Shown piece after piece: positions 12,322 through 23,661 of a stretch of DNA of 64,000 nt; within the stretch, counting starts at the first letter, position 1, and each line of letters starts with the position of its first letter. The position numbers were made by a program, and so were the translations under genes. This DNA is from Macrostomum hystrix (Eukaryota; Animalia; Platyhelminthes). Below the pieces are notes generated by a model, which was given only the letters and a program-made list of their open reading frames with translations, did no database searches and was not told the DNA's origin. Location: the NCBI GenBank assembly GCA_950097015.1, contig CATNEN010000007.1:5208001-5272000 (forward strand), in the 5' to 3' direction.

Positions 12322-13873
12322 TCTTAGGACCCATAACCTTACCGATCCTAGGACCGTAATCTCACCGATCCTAGGACCATAACCTCACCGATCCTAGGAC
12401 CATAACCTCACCGATCCTAGGACCATAACCTCACCGATCCTAGGACCATAACCTCACCGATCCTAGGACCATAACCTCACCGATCCTAGGACCATAACCT
12501 CATCGATCCTAGGACCATAACCTCACCGATCCTAGGACCATAACCTCACCGATCCTAGGACCATAACCTCACCGATCCTAGGACCGTAACCTCACCGATC
12601 CTAGGACCATAACCTCACCGATCCTTGGACCATAACCTCACCGATCCTAGGACCGTAACCTCACCGATCCTAGGACCACAACCTCACCGATCCTTGGACC
12701 ATAACCTCACCGATCCTAGGACCGTAACCTCACCGATCCTAGGACCATAACCTCACCGATCCTTGGACCATAACCTCACCGATCCTAGGACCATAACCTC
12801 ACCGATCCTTGGACCATAACCTCACCGATCCTTGGACCATAACCTCACCGACCCTAGGACCATAACCTCACCGAAACTAGGACCGTAATCTCACAGATCC
12901 TAGGACCGTAATCTCACCGATCCTAGGACCCATAACCTCACCGATCCTAGGACCGTAATCTCACCGATCCTAGGACCATAACCTCACCGATCCTAGGACC
13001 GTAACCTCACCGATCCTAGGACCATAACCTCACCGATCCTAGGACCATAACCTCACCTATCCTAGGACCATAACCTTACCGATCCTAGGACCATAACCTC
13101 ACTGATCCTAGGACCATAACCTCACCGATCCTAGGACCATAATCTCACCGATCCTAGGACCGTAATCTCACCGATCCTAGGACCATAACCTCACCGATCC
13201 TAGGACCATAACCTCACCGATCTTATGACCATAACCTCGCCGATCCTAGGACCATAACCTCACCGATCCTAGGACCGTAATCTCACCGATCCTAGGACCA
13301 TAATCTCACCGATCCTAGGACCATAACATCATCGATCCTAGGACCATAACCTCACCGATCCTAGGACCACAACCTCACCGATCCTAGGACCGTAATCTCA
13401 CCGATCCTAGGACCAAAACCTCACCGATCCTAGGACCATAACCTCACCGATCCTAGGACCATAACCTCACCGATCCTAGGACCATAACCTCACCGATACT
13501 AGGACCATAACCTCACCGATCCTAGGACCATAACCTCACCGATCCTAGGACCATAACATCACCGATCCTAGGACCATAACCTCACCGATCCTAGGACCAT
13601 AACCTCACCGATCCTAGGACCAAAACCTCACCGATCCTAGGACCATAACCTCACCGATCCTAGGACCATAACCTCACCGATCCTAGGACCATAACCTCAC
13701 CGATCCTAGGACCATAACATCACCGATCCTAGGACCATAACCTCACCGATCCTAGGACCATAACCTCACCGATCCTAGGACCATAACATCACCGATCCTA
13801 GGACCATAACCTCACCGATCCTAGGACCATAACCTCACTGATCCTAGGACCATAACATCGCCGATCCTAGGAC
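12322..13873. repeat. 23-bp minisatellite (CCATAACCTCACCGATCCTAGGA)n, ~67 copies
   Basis: Direct tandem units with minor variants. Each unit contains GATC and the palindrome TCCTAGGA. Confidence 0.97.
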
Positions 13874-13879
13874 TAGGAC

Positions 13880-13982
13880 TGGAATAGGAATGGGAATAGG
13901 AATAAAAATAACAATACGAATAGAACTAGAAATACGAATAGGAATAGGAATAGAAATAGAAATAGAAGTAGGAATAGTAATA
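13880..13982. repeat. Degenerate (GAATAG)n microsatellite abutting the 23-bp array
   Basis: Visible hexamer periodicity. Confidence 0.8.
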
Positions 13983-14473
13983 AGAAAGGCTTACAGTGAT
14001 AATCTGATTCCACTCGCAATGCTCTAATTATAGTTATCATTCTGTTAATTCAAAATTCTTTTTATTTCCTGCCTAGATCTGTTATGCCAAATCCTATCCG
14101 CTAGATTTTTCAAATCCCCTATAATCCACATTGAGCACAGATGCAGGCTTGTACGAGTATATCATGCAGGTGCCGGTGGATTGGGACCCCCATAAAACAC
14201 AGACCTGCGTTGCCAAAGACCACAGGACAAAACCAAGCAATGAAACGCGGCAGTTGATTAAAAACTGGCCCAGTCTCATAATTTAATGTCCCTTGGAGAC
14301 TGATGAAATTTGTGATTTATGCGGGAATTTCAGAATTAGACTCAACTGTGTTGCTAAGATTGCTTTTTATCGATAAATTTTTCGCCCATTCCAATGCAGA
14401 AGGACTTTGTTGTCCAGCTATTGGCAGAATGTTCAGAAGAATATATTTTATTTCTTTTTGTCTGTACATCTAG

Positions 14474-14705
14474 AGTTGTAGCCTTATAGTGGATTTGGCG
14501 TCGGACTCGCGACTTGAAAGTCGGAGGTTCGATTCCCGACTCCGCTGGAACAGTTTAGCAAGATACTTGAGCTGCATTGCTTCAGCTCACCTAGATGTTA
14601 AATGGGTACCAGCATTACCTGGGTAATTGTGGGGTTGGTATGGCGTCACCCCCAGTCCATGGACTGAACACTGAACAGCCGTACGCAGACTTCAAATGTG
14701 CTGTC
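14474..14705 (+). mobile_element. tRNA-derived SINE with CORE-like central domain
   Basis: A-box-like TAGCCTTATAGTGG and B box GGTTCGATTCC (14526-14536), then GCAAGATACTTGAGC...CAGCTCACCTAGATGTTAAATGGGTACC, which resembles the CORE-SINE domain. It does not form a complete tRNA cloverleaf. Confidence 0.7.
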
Positions 14706-16144
14706 AGCTGCACATCTGGTCAAATTGTGGCAGGTGTAATCGATCATTATCTGTTATTTGTCATTTCTAATATATTTCTTATTAGAAATTTTATGTACTA
14801 AAAGTACAAAAAACGAGGTACGTAGTTTATTCATTGAGTTTGCTCAGTACAATTTGATTGCAAGTGACATTGCTAGTAGCATAAACGCTAATTTATCCCG
14901 ATTCTTGGCCCTGCCGGGCTTCCACTTTCACCACCATCGATTGGGTGCAGCGTGCGGTGCAGGCCCATCTCCCACGCAATCTCCGGGCTCAGCATGTGCT
15001 CAAATTTGGCTATGAGATTGCCAATTTTTTATTCACACTTTAAAGAGGCATAGGATTCGTCGAAGGCCCTTCACGGCATGTCGGCCTCTTGTATAGCCCG
15101 CCAAAAAACTGAATGGAGCGCGGCAGCACAATCTGAGGCGATTGGGACCCTCGGCTGTCCGCTGGTTAGTTTCAAGCCGACCCTTCAGGTATGGGAAATT
15201 CACTTCTATAGCACATTACACATTCCCCCCATTACTTCCTAGTTCCCGCTCCATAGCGTACCCATAGCCAATAGCCTGCAAGGCGTCCCCAAAGAATCTG
15301 TTTATTTTCCCACCCGTTCCGCGTCAAGTCTCTCACCCGGTGGCGGCCAATGGCTCCTTAGAACCATCGGCTTCTTCGACAACGGATAGCAACAGCATTC
15401 TGGAGGCCGCACCTCCCCCTGCGGACTCCCTCCTACAGCCTTTGCTAGCATTGCTGCGCTGAAGGAAGATGTTCCTCATCTCTAAAGTTGGACCTAATTA
15501 AACCGAAGGAGGGCTATTGGGAGTGAGAGGGGCACCGGACATGGAACAGCAATTCGTCACCGGCAGCAGAAATGTGCAGCTTGTCAGCGGTGTGTGAAAG
15601 TGTTGACCTTTCCAGAAACCCCCCGCCCCCGGATTCCGGGTGTCACAAGAGCGCCGCCATGCTGCTACAGGCGCGGATCCTTTCACATTTCGGCACAAAC
15701 TGACGCAAATCTTACAAATGCCAATCAAGGTGGCCCCCCAGTCTGCCTAGTTCTGCTTGTTCAGGATTACGTTCAGGATCAGTGCGCGGATTTCATAAGC
15801 CCGATCTGAGTTCAAATCAGGTTAGCTAAACAGGCAATCCGGCCTTTAAAAATATTAAATCCCTACGGTTATTGGCAAGGGAAGCAAAGGCGAGTTACAT
15901 GTAATTGCTTTTAGGTTATCAGGTTGTCCGCAGCTTAAGCCGCACTGATTGTTTATGTTAGGAAAGAAGCGAATTTATTAGCATTAAAGATCGACTTGTT
16001 TTAGCACCTTCCATATTTTCCTGTTCGTTTTTTATGGCTCTCCAACTCAAGCACCTGAGTGGCAACAATTCATCCGCAATCTAATTCAAAGTGCAATCAA
16101 CTCAGCAGCTCGACATACCCTGACAACTTTGTCAAGTGTTTGTT

Positions 16145-16720
16145 TGAATGAGATCGGAATGGCACAATGTACCACTCATTGGAATTTCACAATATCCCAC
16201 TCATGGGAATGAGATAGAATGGCACAATGTCCCACCCATGGGAATGGCACAATATCCCACTCAACGGAATGAGATGGAATGGCACAATATCCCACTCAAC
16301 GGAATGAGATGGAATGGCACAATATCCCACTCATGGGAATAAGATGGGAATGGCACAATATCCCACTCATTGGAATTTCACAATATCCCACTCATGGGAA
16401 TGGCACAATATCCCACTCAACGGAATGAGATGGAATGGCACAATATCCCACTCATTAGAATTTCACAATATCCCACTCATGGGAATGGCACAATATCCCA
16501 CTCATGGGAATGGCACAATATCCCACTCATGGGAATGGCACAATATCCCACTCATGGGAATGGCACAATATCCCACTCATGGGAATGGCACAATATCCCA
16601 CTCATGGGAATGGCACAATATCCCACTCATGGGAATGGCACAATATCCCACTCATGGGAATGAGATGGAATGGCACAATCTCCCACTCATGGGATTGAGA
16701 TCGGAATGGCACAATATCAC
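16145..16720. repeat. 25-bp minisatellite (GGGAATGGCACAATATCCCACTCAT)n with GAGATGGAAT insert variants
   Basis: About 20 tandem copies. Confidence 0.95.
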
Positions 16721-19427
16721 TCTGAAAATGGGACCGCAATATTTAACTCAGTCCGCCATGAGACCACCCACAATCTTCGATAAACTGCAAATCCACCCAC
16801 CAGCCGCAGCAATCATTCGATAATCCAGGTAAACAATCGGAACTCAATTGAGCACTCTCATAGCTGACTGGGTGAGGCCGTGATCATCATTCGTGACGCC
16901 GATCCGACGAGCTTATCTGTCTAATTGCAGCTCAGCCCTTCCCTCCCTGATTAAGAGGCCGGCTGTGGACTCAATTTAGATTCCCCTTAATAAAGCACGC
17001 TTTTCCCACCCGACTCCAACGCCCTCAATCTCCTAGATTGACACGGTTTCTCCCAGCGCAGTCCCATGGGACACCAGCTGGGTTTGTGGGGCTGGGCAGG
17101 GGCTGTTAGAATGGAATCTATAGACGCGGAGGGCCATGAAATAATCGAAGATGAGAACAAAATAAGATAGGATTAATAAAATAAAAAGACTGCCGAACCG
17201 GAAGAAGAGGATTCGAGAGCAGGAGAAGCAGAGTGCTGCAGAGGCAAACAGAAACAGCAGATCCCAGGTGAGATGCTCATTGCACTGCAAGGTCGAGTGC
17301 GAGATCAAGGTTGGCAAGGAAGATCAAGTCAAGGAGAGAGAACGCGAGATGTTGGGAAGCCGGTAAACTGAGAGGGGAGAAAATTGGAGGCGAAGCTGAG
17401 ATGCTCAGTTAAGACTGAGTATACAGAAGGTGACGAAGTTTAGACAGTGAGAAAGAGTGCGACTGGCCTGTACTCAAGCAGGCGTTGTACTAATCTTAAC
17501 CGGACCTGAAACTCGCGGCCACCTGCTTATCTCTGGGCGGCTTGGATCGCGTTCTCTCTCTTCTCCCTACTCAGCGCAGCCAAGCGCGGCGGAGGAAGGC
17601 TCAGCGCCTCTCGTAATCTTCTCTCTTTTCCGCTGCACGAGCCGTTTCAACTCCGCAAGCCTTGGCGCGTGTGGTCCATTCTGGCTGATAGCGACAATTT
17701 GGGATGGGAAAAAAGACTATGAAATATGAAAGAGGAGAAGCGGGCGCTGCCCCAAGAATGAAAATTGATGGGGCGCGTGCGCGTGTGAAAATTCACGACC
17801 ACTCGGGCGCTCACGTGGACAAACAATGACTCACCCTAAAAAGCAGGCGCTAGATTCTCCACATCCATCTAGTCTCCGCTCCTGCAGCACTTGTTCACGC
17901 CTCATTTCATTTTCCCATCTAGCCAGATCCGAATCCGAGGGTTTGGGAGGCTGCGAGGCAAGGAGGAGCCGTGCCAACATTTTCGCTCCCCTTATCCCCT
18001 TGTCCCTCGCTGCCTGCTGCTGCGGCCTGGAAGTCCCCGCGGACGCCGCCGCCGCAGCCGCCGATGCAGCCTCTATGCAGTTCATCCCGTCAGTCCAGGG
18101 AGGCAACCGGAGCTTCTCACTTGACACCTGTTACCACCCACCTCACGCCGCCCTGGCCGCCCAGACCTGAGACCGTTCTCATGCTCCTGCGGGCCTTCTA
18201 TCTTGCCTACTCAGTCCAAATCCTCTTCTTTTCCTACCCCTCTCTCTGTCTCTAGCTCAACAAGGCAGATTTTTTATCCAGGCGAACAAGGGATGCATTC
18301 TATGAAAAAGGATCGGATTGGGACAGAGATGGGCATTGCGGATGATTGCCGACTGCTCATGCCCGGGCCGTTATTTGAATCGAAACTGAAATGCGCGCGC
18401 TGCTCCTAGATCCTAGAAGACATCCGCGGGCTGAGGCGGTGATCTGGGAGCATGAATTCGCCTTTTATTCTTCCCCCTCCCCCCTGGCCTCCTGCTCAAC
18501 AAGCCGGCGGTCCTTCTTCTGCTCAAATGTCTCCATTTATATATTCTGTTCTCATCTGTTCCCTGAGTATAGCTGGGACTCTCAAACAGGTCTCCGATGA
18601 ATGCCTACTCAACTGGGTGGGCGAGCAGTGCAGTGAGCAGTGGCATAGAAGGGCCGTTGCCAGTTTGCCAGGCCAGAGCTGGGTGAGCACACAACACAGC
18701 GATGCATAAGAGAGAGGGGGCTGGAATGTTGACTCAGTCAAAGAGCTCCAAGGAGCTCCCGATCTCATTTCACATGGACCGAGGAGAGAAGCAGGAAGAC
18801 ACGCAGGGAGGCAATATTATAGCTCTGCATGGGCGGAGGTGGCGCGAGGAAGCGAGAAGTGTGTGTGTCACGTAGGATCTGGGTTTTTTGGGATTATTGC
18901 GGACGATGAGCCCTTCTTACTCCTTCTTGCCTGCCATTGCTGCAAGGCCCTACTATATCTGTAGCCCAAGGGTCTGGGGCTTCACTGGCTCACAAGAAAT
19001 ATAGAGAAAGACAGAGAAGCATGGAGAGAGTGAGGGAGGGTGAAAAAAACTTTCAAGCTGCAAATCCGAGTCCAAGCAAAGCCTCGGTCCAGATAGGAAG
19101 TGCCGTGTGTGTGCTCATGTGTGTGCTCTCGGACCGCAGACTAGCCTGAGCTAATAAAATGTCAGAGAAATGATCTCGAGCCGTGGGTGGACTTCGGGTG
19201 GATACTGGGATGCTGAGCAGGGAGCACTGGGGGAACGAAAATATGGCTTGATTAGTTTTGCATTTCTTGTTTCTTTGCCTTTTTTCTTCTACAGCCCTTT
19301 GTCTCAATTTTCTCTGCCTTCTGTCGCGTTTTCAGGGATCGCGCTTCAGTCAGCTGCTTGATCTTGCAGCAGGATTGGACTCAACATTTTGCTTCTGCTT
19401 GACTATCAACAATGCGTATGGAAGTAG

Positions 19428-19665
19428 AGATTGAGATTCGAATGTGATGGAGAGAAGTAGAGTGAGATTCGAATGTGATGGAGAGAAGTAGAGAGTGAGA
19501 TTCGAATGTGATGGAGAGAAGTAGAGAGTGAGATTCGACTGTGATGGAGAGAAGTAGAGAGTGAGATTCGAATGTGATGGAGAGAAGTAGAGAGTGAGAT
19601 TCGACTGTGATGGAGAGAAGTAGAGAGTGAGATTCGAATGTGATGGAGAGAAGTAGAGAGTGAGA
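19428..19665. repeat. 33-bp minisatellite (GAGATTCGAATGTGATGGAGAGAAGTAGAGAGT)n
   Basis: About 7 copies with alternating AAT/ACT variants. Confidence 0.95.
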
Positions 19666-20158
19666 TGCACAGCAGTAGATGGGATGAGATCAGAGTGAGA
19701 TGCACAGCAGTAGATGGGATGAGATCAGAGTGAGATGCACAGCAGTAGATGGGATGAGATCAGAGTGAGATGCACAGCAGTAGATGGGATGAGATCAGAG
19801 TGAGATGCACAGCAGTAGATGGGATGAGATCAGAGTGAGATGCACAGCAGTAGATGGGATGAGATCAGAGTGAGATGCACAGCAGTAGATGGGATGAGAT
19901 CAGAGTGAGATGCACAGCAGTAGATGGGATGAGATCAGAGTGAGATGCACAGCAGTAGATGGGATGAGATCAGAGTGAGATGCACAGCAGTAGATGGGAT
20001 GAGATCAGAGTGAGATGCACAGCAGTAGATGGGATGAGATCAGAGTGAGATGCACAGCAGTAGATGGGATGAGATCAGAGTGAGATGCACAGCAGTAGAT
20101 GGGATGAGATCAGAGTGAGATGCACAGCAGTAGATGGGATGAGATCAGAGTGAGATGC
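19660..20158. repeat. 35-bp minisatellite (TGAGATGCACAGCAGTAGATGGGATGAGATCAGAG)n
   Basis: About 14 perfect copies fused directly to the 33-bp array. Confidence 0.96.
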
Positions 20159-23100
20159 CTGGAGTGCGTGGAAAAGAGACATAGTAGTTCAGAATAAGAT
20201 ACAGTTAGACGGAGCGGCCCTAGAGACTTGTGACAGTAAAAGTGAGATAAATTTTGAGAGGAAGCAAAGAAAAGGCTCGCCTGAGTGAGCTTGGAGTGGA
20301 GCGGAATGTGGCCGGCAGAGAGAGAGTTGGGAGGGAAGCCATTGCGTGGGGACTCGGCGGCATCTCAGAAAGCTGATGAGACGCTTGGGGGCGGAGCAGT
20401 GGGGGAGCAGTCGTGCCCGATTGTGCATGGGAGCCCGGGACCCACTTTGATCAATAATCTGTTCGAAGCTCCGGGTTAGCGTTAATGGCCCCCTCCACCC
20501 ACTCCCATTTCCCCTTCTCCTAACCCGGGCCTAACTCCGCCGCCAGGGGTCCATCATCAGCCGCAGCTTCTTCTGCAGCGTGCAGTGTTTATCTCTCGTG
20601 CTTCTTCCGTCGCAAGCGGTCCATATCCTTCGCGCTCGCTCACTAACCTCCTAGTCCTATTTTCCTCAGTGTATATTTTTCCACAACTCCCATTTAGTCA
20701 AAGCGCGGCTCTCTATTTTTTGCTGAATATAAGAGAACTGGTGACAGATGCACCCACCAGATAATACTGCTTTTAGAATGCTTGTATTTACAAATAGATT
20801 TTTTAGATTGAACACCACGATAGCACAGGCAGTCCTTACTTTTCTTAAAGTATCGAATGTACCGTAGAAGAATCGACATGTTTAACAAAGTCGAAACACT
20901 CGAGCGATTATAATGGCTTCGAAATAAATCACAGCTTAGTAGCTTATCTATAATTATAAGGCTTAACAAAGCTTGAGTATCCAACTAACTCCAAACCCTG
21001 TTGCATCATCTTCTGCGGGCAAGACAGAGGGGTAGGAAAGTCAGCTGAAATGCTGGCCCTACTTGGAAAGAAGCAAGAGACCTTCGAAGGCCGTCCTGTG
21101 CCGTCCTCTTATCACGGACACAGGCAGTGCAGTCACGGCAGTGCCCTAGGGGCTGCTACATGAGCATACTAGTCTTGCTCAATCTTCTCTTTATCTTCCC
21201 CTGCTGCCTTGATCCCTCTTCATATTACTGAGTCTCCCCATGCCTTCCCACTCCCTGATTCCCGTCAGATGCAGAAATCTATTCTAGTCGATAGCGAGGT
21301 GATTCGGAACGGAACTGTTGAAGATCAGGGCGGGAATAGATGGCTGTGGGATTTGGGTGTTTACTGCCACGTAAGCCGATCCAAACGCGATAATGAGCTC
21401 TGGCCACGCTGTAGGCAGGCCCTTGGCGGCTCTCCGATTTCTGCTGCACTGGAGAACATTTCGGCGGAGTCGCTTGACCCCTTGAGCAGGTTGACCCCCT
21501 CCCCTGGCCCAAACAATTCGCTCACGGTCAAGTGGCGGCGCACAGTTCAGGGTGGGACATGCAGGAGTCCAGCTGTCACCGCTGACTTTCATGCTGCTCT
21601 AATGCCAATGTGCTCAAACTCTGGCAAGCTCACACGCTCAACCTCTGTCATTATCCTCATTTATTATTGGCAAACTAGTTTTTCTCTGTCTCTCAGTGGC
21701 CTGTCACTGTGCTTGCTCTGCCTCAAATCATGCCGGGGTGTCTCACACTTATCAGAGAATGCAGAGGAAGTCCAGGCTTGGGAGTGGGCCTGAGCAGCCC
21801 GACGGCGGCAGCTGTGACGGGACCACTTTAGTTAATTAATAATTGTCACACTCCGCACTGTACTTAGTGCACTCGTCAAATAAGCACACATATATTGAAA
21901 CCGCGTTGGGATATAATCCCAGTATGACTAGCTTCACTTCAAATGCCGTTTTGCCTTTGCGTGTTGTGCGGCAAGGTTGATACACCCGTCTCGACTTCTG
22001 CTTGCCAGCGACGTTAGACACATCCCATGCACTTGTCGAACATTTACTTTGATGTCTACCCCATCCGAGGAATTTTTAGCAATTCGTATATTTCATAATC
22101 AAAAGTGGTCTAAATTAGAATTCACAAGCTCAAAAATTTAGCAAGGCCAAAAAATGCATTTTGAAAGCTTTTCAAATGAATTCCTGCATTAACCCGCGAC
22201 TCAACCACGCCAGCTACTGGAATCAGATGCAGTCAGGATTTTGATTTAGCGAAAGCGGCGAGCAAAACTACTGTGGAAGCGACGCAGCTCAAAGAATGTC
22301 GGGCTATCTATAGCCTTTTCCTTTCGCGTTCTGAACCACTCGAACAGACAGACTCCATTCCGCCAATTTTGCTCCATTAGGGGCGGGCCGGCGCACGAAA
22401 ATTCTGCCTTCATCATCTTCTTCTAGGAGAAGCTTAAAACCGCCGACAGCGTCTGAGGAGGCTGGAGAAGCGGCTTGGCAAAGGGGGCGGGGAGCCCGAA
22501 AGAAAAGGTTAGGTTTCCTTTAATTAGTGTGAGCGAGTGCGCGTCGAAGTTCCGTGAGCTCCATTTCCCAGCTCTTTGTTGTCTGGGCCCCTCTAGGCCG
22601 ATTGAATCATCTGCAAAGCTCGCTGGGGAAAAATAGAATCCACGGGGAAAGAGAGGCCTCGGATTTGGAAAGAAAGAAGGCTGGAGAAGGAGTTGAAGAT
22701 CTCTTGCCTCGACAATTTCTGCTCCTTTGTGCTGCTGACAAAAGGAAGGCCTCTTGTTTTAAACATCTCCCCCGCCCTGCCCCCAATGAGTTCCTGAGCC
22801 AGCCTCCTCGGCAAAGCGAGAGATCCCTTTGGGGCGATTTCCCCCCCACCCACCACCGATTTGCACGCCAAGTGGAAAGCTTAAAGCTTTTCAGAACCGA
22901 GTGATTTCAGTCGCTTTCGTTTGCCCTAGCCTCTCTGCCTAACCCCTTCTTTCTTATCCCGCCTCTCTCTCGCTATCTGCCTTCTCTTTCTCCGATTACT
23001 CAGGCGCGCTCGAGTACAGAAATTGGAAAATGAATCTTTAGTGCGAGTCGAAGCTAAGGAAGAGGCCACTGACGACTGAGAATAAGGCTGGGAAGTTGGG

Positions 23101-23661
23101 AGCTGCTGAGCTACGGAGAAGAAAATTGTTGAAATGTGAAGCAAATGAAAGAAAATGAGTTGTTCGCGATTAGCGAACGGAAACACAGACGAGCGCATTA
23201 TATTTAGGAAATATTTTTCGTTTGAATAATGCGTTCCTGCACGCCAGCACTCCTTGTTTTATGCTTCGTTTGACAAATTTTATGGCCCTCCCGTCTCAGG
23301 TTAATTCCCCATTTCCAACTGACTCGTTTTTCCCATACTGGAAAGTGTCGATTCCAGTTGTTTATCAGCGGAGTCAGTTGCCAGGTCCCGCGTGTTATTC
23401 GGCGCGATGATTCCAAGCAGAAAATTACAATGCGAAGAAAGTGCAAGCAGGTGAAAAGAAATTTGCCTTCCTCTGAAAAATGAATTGTGTATTGCAACTG
23501 AAGAAAGCATTGCCTACGTCCTACGAAGTTCCCATGGTTCTAAGGAGTTGTGGTTAACTGGCAGGGACAAGTCTAGTTAGGACTGAAATCCTAGTCTTGG
23601 ATAGGGAAAAAAAGTGTTAGCCTAGCATTGCTTCGCTTAGCAAATTTTCCTCTAAGCTTCC

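Noticed and set aside
12322-13873. Regular arrays with palindromic units as possible CRISPR
   Set aside because: No unique spacers, no cas genes, and the context is eukaryotic. The same applies to all other arrays.
21209-21793. 194-aa ORF upstream of MXD
   Set aside because: Non-ATG start, no recognisable domain and no supported exon chain; probably a chance ORF in GC-rich DNA.
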